The notes under the pieces were generated by a model that had not been told where the DNA came from, searched no databases, and was given only the letters and a program-made list of their open reading frames with translations. The position numbers and the translations under genes were made by a program. From assembly GCA_016927995.1 (NCBI GenBank), contig JAFGLO010000007.1, forward strand, positions 17,467 to 81,466: a stretch of 64,000 nucleotides of DNA, given 5' to 3'. Source of the DNA: Candidatus Dojkabacteria bacterium (GTDB lineage Bacteria > Patescibacteriota > Dojkabacteria > JAFGLO01). This document shows, piece by piece, positions 26,871 through 36,022 of this stretch. Each line of letters begins with the position of its first letter. Within the stretch, counting starts at the first letter, position 1.

Positions 26871-28616
26871 ATGAATAGATTTTCCATAAAGATCGGCGGA
26901 CCAGCAGGCGCAGGAATTAAATCAATAGGGCTACTTTTGCAAAAAACCCTTCAAACCCTAGGCTTTTACACATTTGGATATACAGAATACCCCTCCCTAA
27001 TCCGTGGTGGACATAATACCTTCCAGGTTGACTTCTCTGTAGAACCGATTGCCTCGTCAACCCAGAAAATCGACATACTTTTAGCACTCGACGAAGAGAC
27101 CCTCGAAATCCACATCCCAGAGCTTTCCCCAAACGGGGTAATCATATACGATAAAACTCTACAATTCCCAGAAACAGATAGAAAAGACCTACAGATTCTT
27201 GCACTCCCTATAAAAGAAACCTTAGAGCAAAACAAATATCCTGCCATAATGCAAAATAGCGTTCAAATGGGTGTAATTATGGCGACTTGTGATTATCCAA
27301 TAGATGCCCTTAACAAAACCTTGTCAAAGATTTTTGCCCATAAGTCGGAAGATATTATTAAATCTAATCAAGCTGCAGCAAAACTAGGCTTTGACTTAGT
27401 AGAAGGTACAAAATTAGATATAAAAACAGGGCTTAAGCTTCCGGAAAATCCCCACGAATCGCTTGTTCTCACAGCAAACGAAGCATGTGCGTTAAGTTTT
27501 ATATCTTCCGGTGGTAAGTTTTACAGTGCATATCCAATGACACCTGCTACAAACATATTGCATTACTTAGCAAAACACGGACCCCAAAAGGGTGTAGTAG
27601 TACGCCAATCCGCAACGGAAATAGAAGCAATTGGAGTGGCCTTAGGCGCCAGTTTTGGAGGTTTACGCTCAATGGTAGGAACATCGGGCGGTGGATACGA
27701 TCTTATGACGGAATTTGTAAGCGTGCTTGGAATTTCGGAAATCCCTATGGTAATTATTAACGCACAACGAACAGGACCCGCTACAGGGTTACCAACCTGG
27801 CAGGAACAGTCCGACCTTAACATGGTTAAGTTTTCAAGCCACGGCGAATTCCCACGTATTGTAATTGCCCCGGGAGATCCCGAAGAAGCATATGAATTAA
27901 CTGCAGAGGCGCTTAACATGGCCGACAAATACCAATGTCCAGTAATAATTCTTACAGACAAGCACGTCGCAGAAAGCTTTTATGATACTCCTGAATTTAA
28001 GCCTGTAAAAGTTGATCGTGGCAAACTTATCACTTCCGAAAAAGATATTCCCAAGAACTTTTTACGATACACTACAGATACCCACGACGGTATAACATCC
28101 CGCACAATACCAGGACTAAAAGATGGAATTTATGTTGCAAATAGTGATGAGCACTCAGAAGAGGGTTACTCAACAGAAGATATGGAGATGCGCATAAAGC
28201 AGCAAGACAAACGCATGAAAAAGGTCGCAGCAATTAAATCCGATTTGCCACAACCCGAAATTACCGGACCAAAGAATGCTAAAACGCTAATCATAGGGTG
28301 GGGTAGTACAAAGGGAGCCATAGAAGATGCAATTAAGCAATTGAACAATGGAGCATCAGAGCAATCAGGCAACGAGGCCGTTGGGCAATTTGCTTTTTTG
28401 CAACTTAAATACTTATATCCGCTTGACCATGAAAAGCTGGGCAATCTCCTAAGACCTTACAAAAAGCTCATTCTTATAGAAAACAACTCAACTGGTCAAC
28501 TAAAAGACGATCTTGCCCTTGCCGGCAGAAAGCCCGATCACGTTATCCTTCGTTACGATGGCAAGCCATTTTTTGTGGACGAATTAGTAGAACAGCTAAC
28601 TAATCTTATCAAATAA
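26871..28616 (+). CDS. korA: 2-oxoacid:ferredoxin oxidoreductase alpha subunit
   Basis: IGGPAGAGI, YPSLIRGGH, AYPMTPA, TSGGG, QRTGPATGLPT, GWGSTKG, ENNSTGQL. Confidence 0.93.
   Translation: MNRFSIKIGGPAGAGIKSIGLLLQKTLQTLGFYTFGYTEYPSLIRGGHNTFQVDFSVEPIASSTQKIDILLALDEETLEIHIPELSPNGVIIYDKTLQFPETDRKDLQILALPIKETLEQNKYPAIMQNSVQMGVIMATCDYPIDALNKTLSKIFAHKSEDIIKSNQAAAKLGFDLVEGTKLDIKTGLKLPENPHESLVLTANEACALSFISSGGKFYSAYPMTPATNILHYLAKHGPQKGVVVRQSATEIEAIGVALGASFGGLRSMVGTSGGGYDLMTEFVSVLGISEIPMVIINAQRTGPATGLPTWQEQSDLNMVKFSSHGEFPRIVIAPGDPEEAYELTAEALNMADKYQCPVIILTDKHVAESFYDTPEFKPVKVDRGKLITSEKDIPKNFLRYTTDTHDGITSRTIPGLKDGIYVANSDEHSEEGYSTEDMEMRIKQQDKRMKKVAAIKSDLPQPEITGPKNAKTLIIGWGSTKGAIEDAIKQLNNGASEQSGNEAVGQFAFLQLKYLYPLDHEKLGNLLRPYKKLILIENNSTGQLKDDLALAGRKPDHVILRYDGKPFFVDELVEQLTNLIK
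28329..28392 (+). repeat. Degenerate 8-bp tandem repeat x8 inside korA
   Basis: gcaattaa gcaattga acaatgga gcatcaga gcaatcag gcaacgag gccgttgg gcaatttg. Confidence 0.65.
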
Positions 28617-28620
28617 ATCC

Positions 28621-29538
28621 ATGACAACAGTAACAAATGATGACTACAAAACGGGAATAGAACCAACCTGGTGCCCAGGTTGCGGCGCGTTCACAATAAA
28701 AGCACTTCTGACACAGCTTTTGGTCCAAATGGGGATCGCACCTCACGAGGTTGTTATCACCTACGACATCGGCTGTAACGGAAATGGAGCCGACAAAGTT
28801 CGGTCCTACGCAGTAAAATCATTACATGGGAGATCTTTATTACCAGCCGTTGGCGCAAAGTACGCAAACCACAAGCTACCTGTTATCTCAATAATAGGTG
28901 ATGGTGGAATGTTTTGGGAGGGCGCAGCACACTTTCTTTCCTTAGCCCAAAGAAACGAAGATATAACCGTATTGGTATATGATAATCAGATTTATGGATT
29001 AACCACAGGCCAGACCTCACCCACAACACCAAAAGGAGTTCAAACCGTTTCCACACCATACGGAGCTGTAGACGAACCATTAAATCCCGTTTCCACGGCA
29101 ATCGCAGTAGGAGCAACATTTGTTGCCCGTGGGTGGGTGGGTCAGCCACAACATCTAAAACAGATTATTAAAAAGGCAATTCTTCATAAAGGGTTCGCAA
29201 TTGTAGACATTCTTACCCAATGCGTAACTTGGAGTAAAATTGATATGCTTGAATATTACAAAGACATGGTTTACGGTTTAGAAACACAAGATCCATACCG
29301 ATCGGAAGTTGATATTGACGAATCAATGGTAAGAAATATGAACATAGAAGCACACGACAGTGCAAACAAACTTAAGGCAATGGAGCTTGCACTCCGTGAG
29401 GACAAAATACCACTTGGGGTATTCTACAGGCAAGAAAAAGACACACTGGTTGATAAGTTTGAGCCGCTTAAGAAAGGTTCACTAGTTAGCCAGACGCAAG
29501 TCCCCAATATTGATGATTTAATGGAGGAGTTTAAGTAG
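28621..29538 (+). CDS. korB: 2-oxoacid:ferredoxin oxidoreductase beta subunit
   Basis: WCPGCG, IGC, LHGR, GDGG, DNQIYGLTTGQTSPT, QCVTW. Confidence 0.95.
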   Translation: MTTVTNDDYKTGIEPTWCPGCGAFTIKALLTQLLVQMGIAPHEVVITYDIGCNGNGADKVRSYAVKSLHGRSLLPAVGAKYANHKLPVISIIGDGGMFWEGAAHFLSLAQRNEDITVLVYDNQIYGLTTGQTSPTTPKGVQTVSTPYGAVDEPLNPVSTAIAVGATFVARGWVGQPQHLKQIIKKAILHKGFAIVDILTQCVTWSKIDMLEYYKDMVYGLETQDPYRSEVDIDESMVRNMNIEAHDSANKLKAMELALREDKIPLGVFYRQEKDTLVDKFEPLKKGSLVSQTQVPNIDDLMEEFK

Positions 29539-29586
29539 ACGAGCCTTATACCACGGATAAAAAACAACGCCTTGGGATCAACATTA

Positions 29587-31299
29587 TTAAGGAGAAGGAC
29601 TTAATACAACACCCTTCTTTTCCACCATCCACTCCTTGTCCACCACCTGGTCAGCTAAATACTTATCGTGTGAAATAATCAAGATACTTCCCTGATACCG
29701 CCTTAAAAATTCGGTGACAATTTCACGAGACTCAATATCCAAGTGGTTAACAGGTTCATCGAGAAGCAGAAAATTGGGAGAATCTATCATTATTTTCATA
29801 AGCTGAAGGCGCGATTTTTCACCACCAGATAAATCCCTAATAAGCTTGTGCTCGTCGTCGCGCTCAAACGAAAAGCGCCTTAGCATCGAGTAAACCTGAC
29901 CACGTTTTTCCAAACCCAAGGAGTGTAAAAACTGATTCACCTTAAGCTTCTCGGGCAGGTTAGATTGACTTTGAGAGTAATATCCAATTGAAACACTGGG
30001 ACCAATATAAATATCGGAGGACTCAATAACCTTTGAATATTCAGCAAAAAACTTACTTATACCAAACTCTTCCGGGACAGGTTTCAAACCCATTCCTACA
30101 GAATTTCTGTCCAAACAATACTTCGTAAGAATAATCTTTAAAAGAGTGGTTTTACCACTTCCATTATTCCCAGCCAGTCTTCTCTTTTGACCGTTGTTAA
30201 GTTCAATATTTACATTTTCAAAAAGCGGCTTACCTTTAAACCCAAAGCTAAAATCTCTAAACCTAACCGTAATCTGACCGGAGCGTTCGACCTTCCCGGA
30301 GGTCAACTCAAAAATCTTTTCAAAATCACGCGGGTCGGGTGGAGGATTTTCCTTAAGTTCAGTAACCTCACGTTTAAGTTTTTTATAAAGCGTAACTGCA
30401 CCGCCTTCGTATCCGGCTGCACGCATCCATTCAGCAGCCCGTATAAGCTTCTTTTGTTTATCTTTAAGTTCTCTCTGATACAAATCCCAATTATGTTTTA
30501 TGGAATCAATTTCGGAACCTCTAACAGCCTTATACTTACTATAATTTCCCTTCATCTCTCTAAACTTTTTCTGTTCAAAGGTCCAAACCGTATCCACAAG
30601 TTCATCTAAAACATATCTATCATGAGAAACAATAATCACAGCACCCTTAAAGCCTTTTATAAACTCAATAAACCATTCTCGGGCATGCATATCAAGGTGA
30701 GTTAATGGTTCATCAAGAATCATAACGTCAAAGCCCTTGCCCACAAGAATTGTTGCCAATTCTACGATTTTACGCTCACCACCTGAGAGATCCATAAGCC
30801 TGCTGTCCCAACGAATATTCCGAAACCCTGAACCATCTTGCCTTATTCCTAATCCTTCTAACGTACTCTCAACCCGATCAATAAGTGAGTAGCCTTCGCG
30901 ACGTTCATATTCTGCCTGCGCAACAGCAAGTTTCTGCATATTCTTAGGGGAGGAGTCATTGGAAATTGTTTTTAAAGCTTCATAATACTTGGTTTCTATA
31001 TCCAAGAGAGCCTTTTGTGACTCAACAACGTAGTCATAAACAGTTTTATTAAGCTCAGAAGTTTCGTAATCTCTATACAACTGACGAAAGTAAGCAACTT
31101 CACACCCCGGCTTCTGCCAAACACTACCTGCAATTTCAGTATCAATACCGGCAATAATATTACAAAATGTACTTTTCCCTATACCATTGGCACCCAGAAG
31201 CCCAATTCTTGATCGATCTAGCACAGTAGCATTTACATCTTCAAAAATCAGCGTAGTGCCGTAATATTTTTGTATATTTTCAAGTTTAATAAGTTCCAT
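29587..31299 (-). CDS. ABC-F family ATPase
   Basis: Two NBDs (GANGIGKS/LSGGE/DEP and GNNGSGKT/LSGGE/DEP), coiled linker, no TM helices. Confidence 0.93.
   Translation of the reverse strand: MELIKLENIQKYYGTTLIFEDVNATVLDRSRIGLLGANGIGKSTFCNIIAGIDTEIAGSVWQKPGCEVAYFRQLYRDYETSELNKTVYDYVVESQKALLDIETKYYEALKTISNDSSPKNMQKLAVAQAEYERREGYSLIDRVESTLEGLGIRQDGSGFRNIRWDSRLMDLSGGERKIVELATILVGKGFDVMILDEPLTHLDMHAREWFIEFIKGFKGAVIIVSHDRYVLDELVDTVWTFEQKKFREMKGNYSKYKAVRGSEIDSIKHNWDLYQRELKDKQKKLIRAAEWMRAAGYEGGAVTLYKKLKREVTELKENPPPDPRDFEKIFELTSGKVERSGQITVRFRDFSFGFKGKPLFENVNIELNNGQKRRLAGNNGSGKTTLLKIILTKYCLDRNSVGMGLKPVPEEFGISKFFAEYSKVIESSDIYIGPSVSIGYYSQSQSNLPEKLKVNQFLHSLGLEKRGQVYSMLRRFSFERDDEHKLIRDLSGGEKSRLQLMKIMIDSPNFLLLDEPVNHLDIESREIVTEFLRRYQGSILIISHDKYLADQVVDKEWMVEKKGVVLSPSP
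30074..30099 (-). repeat. GTAG REP translated in frame inside the ABC-F gene
   Basis: GTAGGAATGGGTTTGAAACCTGTCCC encodes VGMGLKPVP. Confidence 0.7.
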
Positions 31300-31311
31300 A
31301 GTTAATAGGTT

Positions 31312-31341
31312 TCTGCCAAAGGCGGATCAGCCGTTGGCTGA
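31312..31341. repeat. Two adjacent 15-nt palindromes
   Basis: tctgccaaaggcgga plus tcagccgttggctga; same family as 24499-24513. Confidence 0.75.
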
Positions 31342-31433
31342 GGTAAGCTAGAAAGTTGATGAATACGTGAGTCAGATAACCAATGAGAAATACTTAAGTG
31401 AACCCCAAAACAGTTACTGCTTACTATTTTACC

Positions 31434-31458
31434 GGACAAGTCAGAGACACGTCCTAAC
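31434..31458 (-). repeat. REP family GTAG-nGACATGTC-nnn-GACTTGTCn (copy)
   Basis: ggacaagtc-aga-gacacgtcc-taac. Confidence 0.7.
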
Positions 31459-31494
31459 TATTTTACTGCTTCACTATTTCACTTCTTTTCTGTT

Positions 31495-33111
31495 CTAATT
31501 CCAATACCCGATTTCTTCGTAGGTTTGATCCTCGGTAATTTCAATACAACCGGTACTTGATCCTATCGGACACTTCTTCCCGGAAATAAAGTCGTATGTA
31601 TCTAAATCATAGGTTAATGTGTAGACATAATCAGCTGTTGTATAATACTCGTAATATCGGTTTGCATCATCGTCGTAATCATAATCATAAATGTAGCCCC
31701 TAGCAGCATCCAACATGTCATAGTACTCATCGTAATCCGACAACACACAATCATCGTTTAAACATTTGTATATTGTTGAGTTAAATTCTTCGTCATACTC
31801 AAATTTAAAAGTATAATTACCAACGTCTTCCTCGTAGTTGTAATATGACAGATCATAAGAAACATCAAGACCACTTACAGGAAGGGATAACATACCGGGA
31901 AATCCACCACGCTCAAGTTCGTCAAAAACTTCTTCCCAGTCAATATTTTCATCAATTATTGGACCCAGATCTTTTGCTTCTTTAGGAAGGGAAATGTCAA
32001 GGTATTTTCCGTATCCGTCCACGGCAATTGAAAAATTCATCTTAATGGTATTATTCCAGCCGGAGTACGAGGTTTCAATGGTCATTCCAAATTCAATCTC
32101 ATAAAGTTTCATTGTAACTCTATCAGTACAAAATGAAACGTGCATCTCTTTAAGATCATCAAAATCTGAAAAATCACCCTCGGAATCTATTTCCTTCTCA
32201 AGATAATCAACAAAATCTGAAATCTTTTTCTCATCCCAGTACCACATATAGCAACGAGCACGCCCGTCATCAAATGTCTTACCGGGCAAGTCAACAATCT
32301 CAGGCTGAATTTCATCACTTGTTAGAATTTTCTCAATAAGCTTGTACTCTTCGTCAGTAAGCTCGAAAGCCGTTGGTTCATTTATTGTTTCAATCTGATC
32401 GCTATATCGTTCATTGTAGATTTCAATAATCTCGGATATATCATAATAAACCCACTTGTTAACATACTCTAAAGCTTCGGAGTCCATATTCTCTTTCACA
32501 TAATCTTCATCTATTGTGACCTTTCCAAATATAATTTCGTCTGTTGTAATATACCCATATTCAAGATTCATTTCGTTTATTGCATCGTATTCTTCTTCTT
32601 CTGTGTCATCCCATTCAGAAGACTTCACATTAACGGTTAAATCACCTTTTATATCCTGGGTTCTTATGTCGGTTAGCATATTCATTGTCATCGAAAAACT
32701 TTCAAGAGAGGTTTCTCGAGTATCGAGATCTTTCTCCTCTGATGAAAAGGAAAATTCATATGTTGCCTTCGATGGGCGATCTTTCTCCGGAATACTACTT
32801 ATATCTTTATTGTTAAGTCCGATTTCTTTCAGAAGCTCTTCAAGGGTATATCCACCTTCCTCCGTAGCTTTTTTAAGTTCAGGAAGTAAAGACTCGGTAA
32901 TATCGGTAAACTCATATGGATATGGAACAAATGAAGAAACATTTAAAAGCCCTTCGGTATAATCAATAACGGGGGATGCTAACGGGACTTCAATATTTGT
33001 AAGTGCTGCAAATCCCACAAGCCCTGTAAATCCCAAGGCTAAAGAACTAAATACAGACAAGAAAAGTCCGGTCAAAACACCGGCAAGAACCTTTATATTG
33101 AATTTCTTCAT
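31495..33111 (-). CDS. Very acidic membrane-anchored surface protein
   Basis: N-terminal hydrophobic anchor, D/E/Y-rich body, paired Cys. Confidence 0.75.
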   Translation of the reverse strand: MKKFNIKVLAGVLTGLFLSVFSSLALGFTGLVGFAALTNIEVPLASPVIDYTEGLLNVSSFVPYPYEFTDITESLLPELKKATEEGGYTLEELLKEIGLNNKDISSIPEKDRPSKATYEFSFSSEEKDLDTRETSLESFSMTMNMLTDIRTQDIKGDLTVNVKSSEWDDTEEEEYDAINEMNLEYGYITTDEIIFGKVTIDEDYVKENMDSEALEYVNKWVYYDISEIIEIYNERYSDQIETINEPTAFELTDEEYKLIEKILTSDEIQPEIVDLPGKTFDDGRARCYMWYWDEKKISDFVDYLEKEIDSEGDFSDFDDLKEMHVSFCTDRVTMKLYEIEFGMTIETSYSGWNNTIKMNFSIAVDGYGKYLDISLPKEAKDLGPIIDENIDWEEVFDELERGGFPGMLSLPVSGLDVSYDLSYYNYEEDVGNYTFKFEYDEEFNSTIYKCLNDDCVLSDYDEYYDMLDAARGYIYDYDYDDDANRYYEYYTTADYVYTLTYDLDTYDFISGKKCPIGSSTGCIEITEDQTYEEIGYWN

Positions 33112-33180
33112 TTATGAATGAATAAAGTTAATGATAACATTATATCAGTTAGTGACAAAAAAGTGAACTATGGGCTCTAG

Positions 33181-33336
33181 GGTGTGTTAGCCCTGGGGCC
33201 TGGGGAGCAAAATTAGATGTTCCCGTGTGTACAAACTCTGACAATTTTAAGATACGTGTCATTATATCTCTCTGTGAAATCGACGAGTACTGTCATTTAG
33301 CTAATTTTGCTCCCCAGGCCCCAGGGCTAACACACA
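33181..33336. mobile_element. MITE-like element with 35-bp perfect terminal inverted repeats
   Basis: 33182-33216 is the reverse complement of 33301-33335; 84-bp spacer; flanks CTAG and CTAA. Confidence 0.75.
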
Positions 33337-33418
33337 CTAACTATCCACCAAGCACTGTTTACTCATTTTAATAAACAATGTATACTTACAGGTTTTGTAA
33401 GTTAATCTACCTCAATAA

Positions 33419-34180
33419 ATGAAAAGCGAAAAAATTATAGAAGTAAAAAACCTTTTTAAGCGGTACGGAAATCTAGTCGCAGTAAATGACATAAGCTTTG
33501 ATGTTTATAAAGGCGAAATTTTTGGACTTTTAGGTCCTAACGGTGCAGGAAAAACTACAACCCTTGAAATAATGGAAACACTCCGGGATGAAACAGATGG
33601 CGACGTAACCATTGCCGGGTATTCAATAAACAAAGATCCAAACAAAATAAAAAGACTTATTGGAATTCAGCTTCAACAGTCAGGATTTTATCCCAAACTC
33701 AATTTAACTCAACTTATCCAACTCTTTGAAGGACTTTATGGTGTAAAGGTTGATACAAAAGAAGTTCTTGACTCTGTTGGACTGGGCGACAAGGCCAAGG
33801 TCGAATTTTCTAAAATGTCAGGCGGACAAAAGCAACGGTTTTCTCTTGCAGTAACGCTCATAAACCGTCCCAGGATAATATTTCTAGACGAGCCAACAAC
33901 AGGTCTTGATCCGCAAACTCGCGTAAACATTTGGGATTTAATACGATCTATTCGTGATACAGGAGTAACAATAATTATGACTACCCACTACATGGAAGAA
34001 GCTGAAGAGCTGTGCGATAGGGTAGGAATTATGGATAATGGTAAGCTTGTAGCCATTGACACACCCCAAAATCTTGTTCAGGAGCTTCTGGACCGTGGAT
34101 TCAAATCTAAAAAGGTAATAAAACCTGCAAGTTTGGCCGATGTTTTTCTTGACTTAACAGGTAAAGAACTTAGAGAATAA
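33419..34180 (+). CDS. ABC-2 exporter ATP-binding protein
   Basis: GPNGAGKTT, MSGGQKQR, LDEPTTGLD, TTHYMEEAE. Confidence 0.95.
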   Translation: MKSEKIIEVKNLFKRYGNLVAVNDISFDVYKGEIFGLLGPNGAGKTTTLEIMETLRDETDGDVTIAGYSINKDPNKIKRLIGIQLQQSGFYPKLNLTQLIQLFEGLYGVKVDTKEVLDSVGLGDKAKVEFSKMSGGQKQRFSLAVTLINRPRIIFLDEPTTGLDPQTRVNIWDLIRSIRDTGVTIIMTTHYMEEAEELCDRVGIMDNGKLVAIDTPQNLVQELLDRGFKSKKVIKPASLADVFLDLTGKELRE

Positions 34181-34187
34181 GATCTTC

Positions 34188-34212
34188 GTAAGGATAGGTT
34201 AAAAACCTGTCC
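34188..34212 (+). repeat. Degenerate GTAG-type REP
   Basis: GTAA-GGATAGGTT-AAA-AACCTGTCC. Confidence 0.6.
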
Positions 34213-34243
34213 GAAAGTTAACAATAACTTAAAAAAAAACTAA

Positions 34244-35383
34244 ATGGCAAAAAGCACAAAGCAAGACAAAAAAACAAAACCGGTTCCTAGAAAATATAAT
34301 CAACTAAAAGCACTCCTTGCAATTACAAAGGCTAGCATGATCTCAACATTGCGAAGCCCAAGCAGTCTAATTTTTGGACTTATCTTCCCGATAATTTTTG
34401 TAAGCATCTTTGGACTTTTGGATGATCAGGGACTTTCATTTGACGTAGCACTTCGCAAAGGATCAGATACAACAAACCCAATATTCGAAAGCCTTAGTGA
34501 GTCAGAAAGCGTAACCTTTGAATATGACCTTTCAGATACAGAGATCTTGGAAAAGCTTGAGAAGGGAAAACTCGATGCGGAAATTTTCATCGAGCGAAGA
34601 GACTATCAATTGCCGATGTACGAAATTACGGTCACCGTAAGTAACGCCTCCCAAATGTCTGGACAGTTCTTACATGTTGTTTCAGGAATTTCAGACAAAA
34701 TAAATCTTGCTGCAGCTCCGGTAGACGGATTCCTAACATCACTTTCAGTATCGGAGGTCGAGGGTAGAAAATACAAAGCAATAGACTTTATCCTGCCAGG
34801 ACAATTAGGCTTTTCACTACTTAACATGGGTGTTTTTGCAACTGCGTTTGTATTCCTAAGACTACGAGAAACCCTTGTTCTAAAGCGTTTTTTTGCAACA
34901 CCTGTTAAAAAACTTTATGTTATAGTTGGTGAAGCATTTAGTAGACTCAGCATTTCGTTACTTCAGGCAATGCTTGTAATTTTACTTGGATATTTCTTCC
35001 TTGGATTTACTCTGAGTAATGGAGTGGAGACATTTATAAGCATGGTACTTTTATCGGCTATAGGACTTATAATCTTCATGGGATTCGGCTTTATGATATC
35101 CGGAATTGCAAAGACAGATGCAGCAATTTCACCTTTTGCAAACATTATCACTTTACCTCAAATGCTTTTGTCGGGCACATTTTTTGAAATGGAATTCTTT
35201 CCGACTTGGCTACAATCAATTGGGAAAGCATTGCCACTTACATATTTTAATGATGCTATGAGGAAAATCGCATTTGAAGGCTTAAGCCTTGTCGACGTAT
35301 GGCCCGAACTTTTAGCCTTATCCGTATGGGGAATTGGTATATATTTCGTTGCCATCAGAGTTTTTAAATGGGAAGCAGACTAA
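34244..35383 (+). CDS. ABC-2 exporter permease
   Basis: DFILPG, LKRFFATP, LSGTFF, LPLTY; six TM helices. Confidence 0.93.
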   Translation: MAKSTKQDKKTKPVPRKYNQLKALLAITKASMISTLRSPSSLIFGLIFPIIFVSIFGLLDDQGLSFDVALRKGSDTTNPIFESLSESESVTFEYDLSDTEILEKLEKGKLDAEIFIERRDYQLPMYEITVTVSNASQMSGQFLHVVSGISDKINLAAAPVDGFLTSLSVSEVEGRKYKAIDFILPGQLGFSLLNMGVFATAFVFLRLRETLVLKRFFATPVKKLYVIVGEAFSRLSISLLQAMLVILLGYFFLGFTLSNGVETFISMVLLSAIGLIIFMGFGFMISGIAKTDAAISPFANIITLPQMLLSGTFFEMEFFPTWLQSIGKALPLTYFNDAMRKIAFEGLSLVDVWPELLALSVWGIGIYFVAIRVFKWEAD

Positions 35384-35388
35384 CAATC

Positions 35389-35928
35389 ATGACAGAAAAA
35401 AACAAAGCAAAAGGCACCACTGGAGGAGTTATTGCAACCGTTGGATCTATTATTCTTGTAAATGCACTCACCGCCGCCTGTCCGCTTTGTTTGGTCGCCG
35501 TTTCCGCAAGTGCAGGCTTGTCAAAATACCTTGGAGTTGACGACACAATTACAGGAACATGGTTAGGTGCAATTGCCGTTACAATTATTTTTATGATTAT
35601 TTCGGCATTCGATAAAAAAGGAAAACAGTTCCCAGGAAGAAATCTGTTAATAACTCTGTCTGTTTTTACTGCGTTTTTAATTCCGCTTACCCTAACTGGA
35701 CTTGTAGGTAATCCACAAAATGTTATCTCTTACTCTATACCTTGGGGTATTGATAAGCTTCTTTTTGGAATGGCTGTAGGTTCAATCACTTTTGTAATTT
35801 TTAGCAACATTCACAATCTGTTAAAACAAAAAAACAATGGTAAAAGCTTTTTTCCGTTTCAGAAGGTCGTTTTACCGGTTGCGGGATTACTTTTAACAAG
35901 CATCATTCTTTATTTCATTTATAAATAG
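35389..35928 (+). CDS. Membrane protein with N-terminal CPLC motif
   Basis: ACPLCLVAV...LGVDDTITGTWLG...GIDKLLFG...FPFQKV; start set to MTEK. Confidence 0.75.
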   Translation: MTEKNKAKGTTGGVIATVGSIILVNALTAACPLCLVAVSASAGLSKYLGVDDTITGTWLGAIAVTIIFMIISAFDKKGKQFPGRNLLITLSVFTAFLIPLTLTGLVGNPQNVISYSIPWGIDKLLFGMAVGSITFVIFSNIHNLLKQKNNGKSFFPFQKVVLPVAGLLLTSIILYFIYK

Positions 35929-35943
35929 TTTCACTTCTTTACT

Positions 35944-35968
35944 AGGCAAGTCATAGACATGTCTCTAC
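35944..35968 (-). repeat. REP family GTAG-nGACATGTC (copy), followed by (ttcactgt)x3 at 35972-35995
   Basis: aggcaagtc-ata-gacatgtct-ctac. Confidence 0.75.
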
Positions 35969-36022
35969 TACTTCACTGTTTCACTGTTTCACTGTATAAT
36001 CCAACACTTAAACTAAAATTCA

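Noticed and set aside
29587-31299. Antibiotic-resistance ABC-F (ARE)
   Set aside because: The subfamily cannot be assigned by eye and no leader peptide or attenuator was identified
33181-33336. Retron msr-msd or DGR component
   Set aside because: There is no reverse transcriptase in the window and no template/variable repeat pair
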